From Veleropilina oligotropha (lineage: Eukaryota), in NCBI GenBank assembly GCA_048128005.1, contig JBEUKZ010000023.1, positions 186,001 through 250,000 of the forward strand: DNA of 64,000 bases, in the 5' to 3' direction. The position numbers and the translations under genes are program-made. This document shows positions 49,701-62,990 of the stretch, one piece after another (the stretch's first letter is position 1; each line of letters opens with the position of its first letter). Below the pieces are notes generated by a model. That model was not told the origin of the DNA. It searched no databases and saw nothing but the letters and a program-made list of their open reading frames with translations.

Positions 49701-50155
49701 GTGTATACCAAGTTTAGTGAAGCTAGCCTGTACGGTTTTGGAGATATACTCTGGACAAAAGCGTCCTCCATTATAGTCCATGTCAATTTTTGCAAAATAA
49801 AAATTTCAGAAACCTGAAAATAGCAAAAGGCACAAGTACTCAATCTAGTTAATGAGTGTATGACGTTTCGTGAAGCTAGCCAGTACGGTTTTTGGAGATA
49901 TGCTCCGGACAAAAGTGTCCTCTATTATAGTCTATATGTCAATCTTATATCCGCCATTTTTCGGAAAAATAAAAATTTCATAAACCTGAAAATAGCAAAA
50001 GGCCCAAGTACTCAACCTAGTTAACGAGTGTATGAAGTTTCGTGAAGCTAGCATGTACAGTTTTGGAGATATGCTCCGGACAAAGTGGAATGACCGGAAG
50101 GACGGACGAACGGAATGCTATATACCCCAGCTACTTTGTAGCACGGAGGTATAAA
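46800..50155. mobile_element. Outer HINE-like element with ~170-bp monomers (left boundary uncertain)
   Basis: AATAGCAAAAGGCACAA..CTCAACCTAG..GTTTCGTGAAGCTA monomers on both sides of 47602-49290. Ends GACGGACGAACGG..TATACCCC..GGAGGTATAAA. Confidence 0.65.
47602..49290. mobile_element. HINE-like element with a 156-bp array, nested in another array element
   Basis: Starts AACAAGAGCCATCAGAAGATGACATATCCCCCCG, has AAGGGCAATAACTCTG monomers (48756, 48912, 49068), (ACGG)n and ends GATGACTATATCCCCCCGCAT..ATGCCGGGGGGATAAAA. Confidence 0.8.
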
Positions 50156-51192
50156 TATGGATAATTCATGTCCGGGCCTGTTATTTTGTAATACCAGGAA
50201 AAATATTATCCATTAAACATGGCCCGAGACATTTTCTATCTGATAGTAAATTCTCAATGGTGCATTGTGTCTCATTTTTTATTATCTCATGTTTAAATGA
50301 TGAATGTCCGAAATCAGGGTGATAACATTCTTTGTCAAATTTGTCAGCAGTTTTCCATGCTGCTTACCCCACAAAAGGAATTATTATTCATATATTGCTA
50401 GTAGTATGATATCGTAGCCTAAAAGTCCCATAATGATTCCGAAATCTCCATTTTGAAAAAAAAATCAGATTTTTTATTGATGTCCGAGCAAAATTCTTCC
50501 ACTCCATTACCATCAAATTAGAGCCCCCCCCCCCATGAAGAAGCCTTGGAACTATGAGATATGGTCCATTCAAAAAGAATGTTTGTATTAACCCCAAATA
50601 AAAGCTATCATTCATTGCACATGGCAATGTCAAACATCTTATCTTAAATATTTTCCAGTAAATGTCATGAATCAGATGAGTATGCTTTTAATCTCCACTC
50701 CGTTACCTTCATTAGTTACCATGGAAACATAGAACAAACATTTTAAAGGTCATTGATAAATTAGCGAGATGGCTTCATGCATAAGAACAAGAATCTTCAA
50801 ATTGTTCCCAAGTGTATGATGGCTACTACCCATTTTCATGAAAAAATATTCCACTCCGTTACCATTTCTTGTAACAGGGTGGGGTGAAGGAGAAACGGAA
50901 TGGAAATTATCACCATAATTCTATTTTGTGTTAAGTAAAACACTCTTTTACAGTATAATATAAGATTATGGATACTTTAGTTGTGCAAAATAGTGTTTTA
51001 CCAGTACTCCTTTTCCACTCCGTTACATTTTGTCAATAAATTTCAGTTTTGTCTCAAAGTATTCAAAACCAATGAACTACTTCTTGACTTCTATATTGGT
51101 AAGGATACCATTAGATGCAAGTCAGTGATGATTGTAGAGGTATTTTGGAAAAACCTATGCCAGTAGACCATAATAACACCATCGCCCAAATG

Positions 51193-52161
51193 AACAAGAG
51201 CTGTCAGAAGGACAGCATGCTCGACTATCAAAAGCTGGATCGATGAATGGAAATAATTTGGTAAAAATGAAGCTAGAGTTATGGCCCTTGTATTGCAAGT
51301 TCGCATAATGATGTGACAAGCGTATGAAGTTTCAAGGCTGTAGTGTGAACACTTTGTGAGAAAAGGCCCTTCATGCAAAATGTTAACCTGAAGTTGACTT
51401 TGTGAGAAAAGGCCCTTCATGCTAAACATTAACCTGAATTGTCTAAGTCGAAAAAGGGGAATAATTTGGTAAAATAACGAAGCCAGATTTATTACGCCTG
51501 TAATGTAAGGTCGCATAATGCCGTTGAACAAGTGCATGAAGTTTGAAAGGTGTAGTGTGAAAAATTTGTGAGAAAAGACCCTTCATGCAAAACATTAACC
51601 TGAATTGTCTAAGTCGAAAAAGGGGAATAATTTGGTAAAATAACGAAGCCAGGTTTATTACGCCTGTAATGTAAGGTCGCATAATGACGTTGAACAAGTG
51701 TATGAAGTTTGAAAGGTGTAGTGTGAAAAAAGACCCTTCATGCAAAACATTAACCTGACTTGTCTAAGTCGAAAAAGGGGAATAATTTGGTAAAATAACG
51801 AAGCCAGATTTATTACGCCTGTAATGTAAGGTCGCATAATGACGTTGAACAAGTGTATGAAGTTTGAAAGGTGTAGTGTGAAAAATTTGTGAGAAAAGAC
51901 CCTTCATGAAAAACATTAACCTGAATTGTGTAAGTCGAAAAAGGGGAATAATTTGGTAAAACAACGAAGCCAGAGTTATTACGCCTAATATGTAAGGTCG
52001 CATAATGACATTGAACAAGTGTATGAAGTTTGAAAGTTGTAGTTTGAAAAATTTGTGAGAAAAGACCCTTCATGCAAAATGTTAACCTGAAGTTTGACAC
52101 CAACGCCGACGACAGGGTGACTGCAATAGCTCGTACTATTTTAAAATAGTCGAGCTAAAAA
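51193..52161. mobile_element. HINE-like element with a 166-bp tandem array
   Basis: GTCGAAAAAGGGGAATAATTTGGTAAA at 51447, 51613, 51768 and 51934. GCTCGACTAT at the left end and hairpin TAGCTCGTACTATTTTAAAATAGTCGAGCTA at the right end. Confidence 0.85.
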
Positions 52162-53340
52162 TGGAGGAAATCAGCTCTGCTCATATATCAGTTTTACACT
52201 CTAGGGTCTACCCTGTGTACCGTAATACTGCAACGTTTTTTTCTGAGATTTTAAACACCTTCATTTCTGCCCGTATTGAGAAAGTCACCCAATAACCCTG
52301 ACATGGATAACTAGTATGGCCACATAAACTTATATATAGATTCCATTGAATGGTCTTTTATGTCAACAAGACACATATTTATGCAACAGTATTACAAAGG
52401 GCTACTATCATGCTTCATAAGATACGTTGACAACTTGAATTACAAGTATCCGAAGAATACTAGTATTGTTTCAATACCAGTTTGCAAAAATATTTATTTT
52501 GTTATCGATTACATTGAAGACAATAAAATAATATATCTATCGTATTATCCCATTTTATTTTTTTCAAGCAAAGCGATCTTAAGTGAAAACTGACCATGCA
52601 GCATTTTACATGGATAATATACATCAACTTTAAAATCTCCATCAGAGCAACTAAGCTATACCAAACGCACCCTATATTTTTTTCACACCAAACTTAGGTT
52701 AAACAATGGCATGCATTATCGCTTTTGGACAGATTAAGCCGTATTATGTCACTTAGAACTGAAGTGTGATCATGTTCGTGTTTTAACAATAAATAGACAG
52801 ATTACCCGTGGTGCAGATATCCTATCGCGTAACATCACGAAGCACTCGAAGAAAGTAAACACGTCTTCCCAAAAGGATTGTCAAATAGCTGGCAGCTGTG
52901 AACTACTTTAATAACTCTTGATCTCAGATCAGGATGTAGATAAGGCGCCTTGGACACTTGTAAACAATGCCAATATGTCTTATCAACATGAAACAGACAG
53001 AAGATATGTCCCCCGAAAGAGACATCGAAACAAAGCCATATGAAAACTGATGGAAAGCACTACCATTGAATTGATATTCAAGATTATGAAAAACAGCTGC
53101 ATGTGAAAAGTTTTCATTGCGAATGACCAACATTCTTCCACCTTGAGTGGTCAAACTTGTATAAATATGTGTGAACATATTTCCTCTTTTGAAAGAGCAA
53201 TCTTGAATTTAATTTTACTTTTGACATCAACAGGTATCTAAAATTCAAACATATTACAAATTATTTTTCCAGATATCTCCAGGTTATCATAGATTAAAAC
53301 TCCTCCACAATTAAAATTTTCAACTATGCTATAGATAAAT

Positions 53341-53822
53341 CAGGGTTCATACAGACAAGACTTGATGAAATTCAAGCACTTTTCCAGTACTTTTCAAGTA
53401 CAAAATTTGAATTTTCAAGTACACTGAAAAATATAATTTAGCAAGCATACAGCGGCGATACGTACCATATAGAGGATCGCCGGTGCCATTCGCACTATAT
53501 GGTTTAACGTAGTATATTCAGGCACCGGGGTCGGACAACATTCCGCAATTACTCCTGTCCATCAGACCGACTTTCGTTCATTCACTACGGAGTTACTTCC
53601 CTTCGTGCATTTACCGTAAATATTCTGAACTTTGAGCGTAGTTTTAGTTTTAATTTTTTCCCCCTTTAAATTCAAGTACTTTTAAAGCACGACTCTGGAT
53701 TTTTAAGTACTTTTTAAGTACCAAAATGAAATTCCAGCAGTTCTCATGCGTATTTGCAAGACTTAAGTACTTTTCATTTTTTCTTCAGAATTCAAGTACT
53801 TTTCAAATCTGTACGAACCCTG
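53341..53822. mobile_element. hAT-like MITE with a 5-bp TSD, related family
   Basis: TIRs CAGGGTTCATACAGA / TCTGTACGAACCCTG, TTCAAGTAC repeats, TAAAT on both flanks. Confidence 0.8.
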
Positions 53823-54116
53823 TAAATCCTTTACCATCATGGACTGTGAAAGAAGCTATAATGCACCTAGATGTTGAAATATGATTATGCATTTACAAGA
53901 GTCTCAAGCTTGAGCTGTGCCTGTATACAATACAATGCATAATATCGCATTCATTGATGATATGTGAATCGGTTAAATAAGTACTTTTATGATGACATTT
54001 TTGACAATTTTTCAGCAGTATCTGTCGTGGTATATATTGCAGTCAGGACATTCCTATGTGTAGTATTTCTAGATAATGATCAAAAGAGCACAGGCTCATT
54101 TCAAAACAATATGTAG

Positions 54117-54519
54117 CATAATACTGTATGCAACATTACTCATTCAAAGACAATTCTACAGCATGAAAATAGTCCCTCTTGTGTACTCTCAGACAATATG
54201 TGCAACTTGCATGCTAAAAACACTGTACAGCCAAATGGGCTGATCCAAATTGGTCTTTGCTGACATTTCAATATACAGAATATATATGTGTAATGCAATT
54301 ATCGTCAAGCTCATAATACTGTATGTAACATAATACTGTATCCAACATTACTCATTCAAAGACAACTCTACAGCATGAAAATAGTCCCTCTTGTGTACTT
54401 TCAGACAATATGTGCAACTTGCATGCTAAAAACATTGTACAGCCAAATGGGCTGATCCAAATTTGTCTTTGCCGACATTTCAATATATATGTGTAATGTA
54501 ATTATCGTCAAGCTCATAA
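54117..54519. repeat. Tandem duplication of ~200 bp
   Basis: CATAATACTGTAT..CAACATTACTCATTCAAAGAC..ATTATCGTCAAGCTCATAA at 54117-54316 and 54329-54519. Confidence 0.9.
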
Positions 54520-57437
54520 CCTTCCAGCGAAAGAATACAAAAGGAATACTGACAGGCTTTTTCGTGTGCACGCAATACATGGTGGTCCTCCATCATACAA
54601 TTTGGTCACCAAGGTGTCCATACAACACTGTGCATCTTCGTCATACACTTAAGGCCGCCTTTCCATGATCACCTTGTACGTGTTTTCGCAGAAAATTCTG
54701 CATGCGATAATCTCATAGGGGTATGCATTTCCATTCAATAGTTTGTAATTTACTAACAACATATAAAGTCAGACACGTGCGTTTTTGGTCCAGTGTGCAG
54801 AAAATTCGCTCCTTGATAATATTGTTAGCATGATAACTCACAAAATTGGAAATGGTACTGCATAAATATACAGTAATGTATCAATTTAATCGCGCATGAA
54901 ATCGTCTTATGGTATGAAGGGGAAAAGGTCTTACGATATGTAGGGAGCAGAGAACACTGATCGGTCATTTTATTCTGCATTGACAAAATGTTGGCAAAAG
55001 CATCTCTAGTATCCCTGACCACTGGCCGAGATGCAATTATTGTCATAACGACGTCATAATGATAATGAAACGTTAATAAGCAAACATTCACGAATATATA
55101 CAAGTAGAGCACTTTATTCCAAATATTTAACATCTGATATTACTGCACCTATATGCCATGCAAAATTTATATAAATTTTCCTAATTCAAGCAGTATGTAA
55201 ATTTGTAACCTTCATGGAATTGTCAACAACTCTAGAAGACTTAACTTGTACAATCTGTTTCCCACAATAAAATGGCTTTGTGACACAAGCGCTCATTGCA
55301 TAATCCAGTCAATTTAGGAAAGTGACACAGAACGTAGAGGTCAGAGATAACACAGGCTTGGTGAATATATCACATTCAATTTGAATTCCACATAGTCCGG
55401 CAGAAACTTCATCCTGTATGTATGTTAATTGCTCCTGACTAGAATTTTCATGTTTGCATAAAATGTGTTATCAGAGCAAAATTGTCACTATACTAATATT
55501 ATTTCTCATTCGTCTGGACTTCTCAAAAGCTGAACAAAGGTGGATATTCACATTTATGTACTTTTGATATATACAATACGCTGTAGTTGCAAAAGAACAC
55601 AACATTTTGCAATAAAGTGACAAATCCAGCTAGTTGTAACAGCGCTCATTTGTAAATCATATCAGCTTAGTGGATCGATTCTGTATCAATTCAGTATTAC
55701 TATTATACCTTAATTTACAATGTTGTGAAAATTTTCTGTTGATTTACACATTACATAAAACATGCACCTGTCATCTTTATTTGATCATTCACAAAGATTC
55801 TAAAGTTTCTTTGTCCAAGACTCCTAAGAGAAAACACTGTGCAAGATTATTGTTTCAGACCTGAAGTCTATGTCACATTTATAACGTCTATTAATTCGCA
55901 ACTGTTTTAATTTACAACAAGAAGACAAAGCCATCAATATCCCCCGCAATGGTACATTCACAATAATTACTATATGCTGTATGTTTTGCGGGGGATAAAA
56001 ATATGGATATGAGTGTAGCTCACTGAGAGTCACAACAATATTCCTTTTAATATATTTTTCGCATCTTGTTATTTACAAATACAACCTGTAATTTGACTGG
56101 TCACTGAACTTTGTTGCACTTTGATTTGAATATGTCGACACATAGATAAAGCGTTATATTGATGTCAGAATTATCTGCAAGGGGAACCAAATTATTCCCC
56201 TAGGCTCATAAGTGCAGACATTAGTTTGCACAGGCTTTACAGTTAATTAACATATAATTTTCTTGATATTGTGTTAAAACGACCACAGAGAAAGCACATT
56301 TGTTGAGGCTATATATGTCATGAGACAATCTTAGATGAGTCATGTGGTTGCTGCCACCATTTAAAATTCTTTAGATGCATCCCTTGAGAGGTGACCTCCA
56401 GACATTTGCTGGCTCAAGATGACCTGAGCGTCATCTAGATTCCTTGACTGTTACAGCAACTGATTGACTGTAACAATTCCAATTAGACAAGCCAGTCTTT
56501 GAATAGCTGATCTGCATGAGTAGGTGTAAATAAGGATTTCGTATGAGCTGTATGCATTATGCATATTTTGCAGGATTCAAATTATTTTCGATGTGAAATC
56601 CAATTTCATTTATCTTTTAGTATATTTTTACAGAAAACATGACATTGTACAGGGTCAAAGTGCAAAGCTTTAAATTCTTTCCATCTTACATAAAGGAGTG
56701 GTCTAATGAGAAGAGATGTCCTGGATCTAACAGAACAAAAAGTGTTTTCAAATCTAAATTATCTTGAACATATAACTTCTTTCGACTGATAGTGTAATGA
56801 ATCGTTTATTAATTGAATTGATGCTAAGGATGTTCCATTTTTAAACCCATGACATTGTCGATCGATTTGAATTCACTTCTGTTAATGAGGTCAATAAAGT
56901 AAGTTGATCGAGAGCCCACTCTCTTTAATATCCATAATCCTCCTGCAGTCGGCGTATCCTCATCAGCATATAGCTAAGCATCATGACGGTCGACTCGAGG
57001 AAAATTCTGACATATAAAATATCACCAAAAGCCACGGAAACAAAAACATGCTGTAGTCGTAAATGTCTTGCATGTGCCTCGCTTATACCTAGGCACTTTG
57101 CATTCAGAACTCTATGAGATTACCAGGAAGATTATACAAAGCTCTCATCTTTTTTTCGCTTTACTGAAGATAGAAAATGATGGCAATGGCTAAGTAAACA
57201 GAGAAAGATAGGTACATAATCTGAGCAAACAAAAAATAACTACTGGCCAATCCTGCTAATTCAAACGATATCCACACTAATCTAGTCACGCTCATCTATT
57301 CTTCAATACAAAGGTAGGACATTTGCGCTTCGTGCTGTGTATACATGTGTCTGGCTGTTCCTCCTTTTTAAAGCAATGGTTATGAGGGAATATGATTATA
57401 GTGTCAACTAATAAAACAGCTCGTTCTGCTTTAAGCA

Positions 57438-57482
57438 TGACATTGACAGAGACACTATAATATGGTGTCTCTGTCAATGTCA
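57438..57482. repeat. Perfect 18-bp inverted repeat (hairpin)
   Basis: TGACATTGACAGAGACAC, 9-nt spacer, GTGTCTCTGTCAATGTCA. Confidence 0.9.
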
Positions 57483-59259
57483 GTTGTCTTGACATATAAC
57501 ACTTCAACTTACAATTGTATACTTAACTTAAGAATAATCTGCAGTAAGTAATCCGTTTCAAGTTTGGTAGCCAATCAGAATGACTATTTATACAAATGAA
57601 GGTAGGTTTCACTCTTTAATTGATTTGTGGGGAGACGTTTTAAGAGATCACTAACATTTACAATTATTGCGAAAAGAGTCCATGCTTGTTTTTGCAGACC
57701 TCATTTTCTTTCACTGGACATCTAAACATGTAAGTATACTGGCCGTGCGTGGGTGATCACGAAATCCGAAAAAAATATAAATGTAATATCTGCATTATTA
57801 ACTATTAAAGGTAAAGTAAAAGAAACACCAATTTACTAGAACAATTATATTTCAACATTATTAAGATGAAATGAAAAGATAAACACATACATGACATTAT
57901 CTAAGGGGAAGAAACAAACAAGACAATCACATATTGCATGCCCTCGAACTGTGGTGTCCATGCTTTGCATATTTTTAAATTCAGGATTTTTTATATCATT
58001 ACAATAGGACCATGGCTCCCAAATGCATTACAAAATCATTTGAATTTGAGAAGTTAACAAAATTGACCTTAACCCCTCTGGCAGTCATTTTCTTAAATTA
58101 AAATTCTAGATAAGTCAACATATGTCATTGTCCAGTGAGCTACAGAACAATTTGAGGAAAATACGTCTTCATGACAAAATAATTTTAACCCTGGAGCCAA
58201 AAATCAGTAAGTCTGAAATTGTCACATAAAACCTGGATCCACATTACAATCCAGTTCTTTTCGAGGAGGATCACGTCACGGCTTTATCCCATCTTGGGTG
58301 AAACATTAAATTAAATCTGACCAATAGTATTTTAGATAGGCTCACAGACAAACAAATGTATACATCCATATGGAACTAATTGCATTATCCTTGCTCCTCT
58401 CTCAGGCTGCAAATCAACATTATTACTTTTAACTTTAAATATATCGAATTCGGTCTATGTAGACTCTACATTTTTGTACATTAATTAATTTTATTGATCA
58501 ATATCTCAGATATTGTAATCATTACATAAGCAATTGGGCAAAATGAACAAATTATATTATAAATTTGATTTAACATAGTATATGGCATAAGGCTACAATA
58601 CATGAAGGTGTAAGGACAAAGGGAAGTAACTCTTGCTAGATTAACAAATCAGAAAATGGAACAATTTAGCTGAACTCATTATTCTAGTATTCTGATTCTC
58701 TAACTCCTTTGGTGAAACTGGATTGAATTTATTTCTAAACACAAATTAAATTAAGCCTTTCTAAAAATGTTAATAAACACTACGGAAATCAGAAGAATGT
58801 TATATCATTCATAATATGTCACTTTATTATGATCACACTCAGCTATCGATAATATGTTTGATTTTTTGTAGTACCAGATTTCAAAATATTTTAAAATCAA
58901 TTCACCGAGACATCAAACAATATATAAATGGCATTAAAATTATATAGATATCATCTGTAAATTATAATTACATAAACCTGGAAAATATTCAGCTCCCCCC
59001 CTCCCGGAATACTTCATCATTGACATATGACCACAGCAGCCATTGCTCAAATCTTCTGGCAATGACAGGAACAGTCCACTCCAGCTGTGTGCACTTTGCC
59101 CGTAAAACAATCCGATTGCAATTTGTTATAAAATGACTCTTTGCAGATTATCTGATGGCAAAAATTATGCACGATTAATGCGGAAAAGTCATCAAATTCT
59201 ATTGACAATCAGCTCAGATACCACCATTTGGTTATCTGTTGTGAGATTGACAAATGATT

Positions 59260-59478
59260 GAGGTCAGAGGTCAAGCAGCATCATATTATATCATAATTCC
59301 AGGATTGCAATCCGTGACAAGTACATTTCTGAAGGAGCACTGGGTTCTGCACACAAGTAGTTCAGTTGTCATCACGTACACTGAGGAATCGATTTAGATA
59401 TTCAGGTTTGAGGTCAAGGAGGCTGATCAAGCATCAAAAGCAGCCAGATATTCATTGCAGGATTTGTTTGGCATATAG
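59260..59478 (+). pseudogene. Degenerate Tc1-family transposase remnant (second HTH region)
   Basis: Translation LSSRTLRNRFRYSGLRSRRLIKHQKQPDIHCRICLAY resembles the Tc1/Tc3 pattern S.RT.RNRL...GL.SRR..K...L...H...RL.W. Confidence 0.6.
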
Positions 59479-59658
59479 GTTTCATTTCACCAATATAACG
59501 CGTACAAGCCACGCCCCCCCCCCCCCCCCCACCCCCCGGAAGCATGATACAGGGTTGCAGACGGCACTAAAAGTTTGACATGCCATTGACTGGATAATAT
59601 TACGTGAAGTATATTTTAATGATATAACCATTGTGTCTACTTACTAAAAACATACATG

Positions 59659-60495
59659 AACAAGGCAATCACAGATTGCAAACCTTCCCCTCGGTGGCAA
59701 GGAATGGTGAAAGCTAGCAATCTCTGAGAATACTAGATAAAGAACATATTGAGCCTAATTACCTTCGGTTTGAACAAACCATGCAAATGTCTGCAGTGAT
59801 GACATGTAGCTGATATCAGTTAGAAGCGTCAATTCGAGCAACAATGATTGGAAAGAAAAGCTTGAGATGCGAGTGGAAAATAAACGCTTTAAATTTCCAT
59901 TTGATTCCCTTTCACTAGAGTAGACTCACAAAATATAGTAACTGAATTCTTGCACCCGATTAGTTATCAACACTTGGTATTTAATCTCTTCTGTTAATCA
60001 TTGACTCTGTCTCCTACTAGTATAATCATACACCACAATAGACAAAGCGGGCAGGCCCACGCTTAGCCAATGTGAGTGAGTGACATGTTGATATGATATC
60101 AGTTGCAAACAAGCAGCTGTATCAATTTCATGCACTCGCATCTAGTCAAAACACAGAGGTCAGCTCATGTCACCTTACTGCCAATCACATGAACACATGT
60201 GCATACATGATCTCAACACATTGTATTTTGAACAGATTAGCCACAGATGAATAGATTTTTAAATCATAAAATGAGAAAATAGATTTTTAAATCATAAAAT
60301 GAGAAAATGCGTAATAAAAGACGCATCCGCTATCCGATCATCTTTGAGGAGGAACGAGCGTAGGGTGGGCCCTATCGCGTGTAAAAAAAACTGAGTTGAT
60401 CGGAGCAACGGTTGTCGAGATATGCTCGTGGACAGACAGACACATGGACCCAATTGCAATACCTTCTCCCACACACTACGTGTGGGCGAAGGTAA
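59659..60495. mobile_element. HINE-like family D element, copy 2
   Basis: The first ~270 bp are nearly identical to 37171-37715 without the SINE. Same terminal hairpin. Confidence 0.72.
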
Positions 60496-61747
60496 TTATG
60501 TGTGTTTACAGCCCTCAATATTTTGACCTATTTGGTCGCATTATATGTGACCTATTTTTACCATTGGGGACTAACAAACAATTCCTGGTCAGGGATCTAT
60601 CAAAATTGATGCGACTGTAAATTTTGCCATTTTATGACTTTTTTCAGTGTTCTGGCTTTCCACTAATCAATGTTTCATGGCTATACTGGCTTCTGTTTAT
60701 TATAAAACCATTAAAAGTTGTTATCCTGACACTTTCAAAGTAGCATTCGGATAGTGTTGTACAGTGGCCGCCATATTATCTTACAAGACTTAATGCCTAT
60801 CACGCATTTTCATTGGTCAATGAATATTTGTAGGCCAATCAATTGGGTGTTATTAAATGACAAGGCTGGCTTGTTATTTATCTAATCTGACACACGCATG
60901 TCAAACAATAAAGCTTCATGGGGGAGATATAAATTAATTTATTGTACTTATATGGTCTAGATGCTTTGATCCTAAACTTTAAAGGAGCTAATGGTTCTAG
61001 AAATTATAGAAAGCTACACATCAAGATAAACTGAAGTGGGCCACATAATGGCTAATGAAACCACTGACAGTGAAATTCAAAGAATTATTAAAACAAAATA
61101 CTTTTAACTTTAGCCTATGGATGAACCTTTCTTTATATTATAATGACCATCAATGAACAAACATGTAAAATACAGTTTAAAAATGTGTAATATTGAAAAT
61201 CACAAATTGAAACATATATTAATATATTTTAATTATTTAAATTTTCTGCAAAAAATTTACATGAGAATTGTCAAAATGGTTATTTTTATTCATTTGTTGT
61301 GTTGCATACATGATGTATAAGTTGATATTTAATATTGGCTATTGAATTTTCTTTGTCAGGCTAGTGAAATTTTGAATTGGCCACTAAAATTTAAAAGTTG
61401 ATAGCCAACGGCCAGTGGAAATAAATGGCAACTTTGAGGCCTGGTCTAGCAAACGGATGACTTTTGTATTAATTAATGACTGTGGTCATTGACCGATGTC
61501 GGGACGGCCGATTTGCTGCTCATTTGCTAGTAACGGATTTCAACTGCGGGTCTGAACTTTGAGAGGTATGGAAATTTTCCTAATTTGCTTTTATCTTAAA
61601 TCAGAAGGTCAGAAGGGCTGATTTAATAATTATACCAGGCAGTGATTCTCCCTTGGGAACAGTAATATTGATTTTATTCGAAATTTCATTAACATTGAAC
61701 CCTACGTAAAATCATTTGGTATAATGGAACCTATAGTACTGTATTTA

Positions 61748-62479
61748 GGCTGTGTTAAATTGATTCCTTGTTTCTTGTCCCATGATTCTGGTAAACCAAA
61801 GCGGTAAAGCGGTCAACACAACACAACAGCCATTTTCCACACAATATTTTGTTCTAGAATTTTCTGACCATGGGCCTTAAGTCAGGTACATGCATATTTA
61901 CAATGAATACCCTATATTTCCTATTTCTTTATGGCAGATGAATGATTAACTTCTGATTAGTGAACACATCAACAAATTTCAGCAATAAAACATTGTCCAT
62001 CATCTTTGAATGATTAGTAATGAAGATGCCAGAGATTGTTAGTTATAACTTGCAAATATGAGTCATTTGTTTCATTAATAGTTGTGTAATTTATTAAGCT
62101 GGCACAGAGAGACGGTGTTCCAAAAACAAATGTCTTTCATTTTGATTAAATTACAATTAAAATTTATTTGAAAACAGTGATGACTGCAAGGAGAGCCATT
62201 CATTCAACAAAGAACAGTGAACACAGAACAGCCCACAAATTTACAATTTACCGGTATATTTCTAACTTCTGTATATTAAACTAAAAGTATGAAAAACTTG
62301 TGGATGAAAAATACAGACAGCGATCTTTTGCATTGACGAATACTGTCTGCGAAAGAAAAAAATTCCCCAAAATAAAGTTATTTAAATTTTTTTGTGTTGA
62401 AAAGCAATGTGGCCGAAATCTGCATGGGTAAACCAAAGCGCGCACAGGACAAGAAACAAGGTATCAATTTAACACAGCC
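61748..62479. mobile_element. MITE with a TTA TSD (PIF/Harbinger-like)
   Basis: ~33-bp TIR GGCTGTGTTAAATTGAT(T/A)CCTTGTTTCTTGTCC. TTA at 61745-61747 and 62480-62482. Confidence 0.82.
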
Positions 62480-62483
62480 TTAC

Positions 62484-62668
62484 CGAGATGTGACTGGAAG
62501 CGAGGATATGGAGAAAGATAAATTTATCGGATGAAAGTTCCTGTTGGCAACATGGAAAGATGTATCAGGGTCTGAAGGCAAAAAAACATGGCACACACAC
62601 CCAGGAATATTCGTCTGATACTCCCCTTTGTTGATGGAACAGTCATGATCTGAGATTGCTTGTCCCAT
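62484..62668 (-). CDS. Candidate first coding exon (MGQAISDHD...)
   Basis: MGxxxS myristoylation-like start, possible acceptor TTTCAG at ~62734 and donor TCG|GTAAGG at 62483. No homology recognised. Confidence 0.2.
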
Positions 62669-62872
62669 GACTGAAAGTCAGACACGGTCACTGTGCATGG
62701 AAATCTGATGGGTGATAGATATAGGTGTGAAATCTGAAACTGATTAGAGCAATTTGATCGCCATGCAGTCACTGGCTACCAAACCCATCTACATGGATGA
62801 TAATGCCACATCTCATTGGATTGTGATGATGTTCTGCTGCAGAAACTGTCATCTAGCCACATCTCATTGGAT

Positions 62873-62990
62873 CAGGGTTCACGCTACAGGGCGACGTGGG
62901 CGAAGAAGTCGCCCTAGAAAGCTCGACTTCGCCCTGTATCGATCTGAAAGCGAAGTCGATGTCGCCCGGATCAAATCTCGTCGCTTTTGA
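62873..62990. mobile_element. Left end of a CAGGG-terminated (hAT-like) element; right end not identified
   Basis: CAGGGTTCACGCTA followed by clustered GGGCGA/TCGCCC subterminal motifs. Confidence 0.45.

Noticed and set aside
51091..52103. Repeated hydrophobic ORFs (IMRPYITGVINLASLFYQ..)
   Set aside because: Translations of the 166-bp tandem array.
52925..53050. Possible plus-strand terminal exon
   Set aside because: Short frame, weak acceptor and no recognisable homology.
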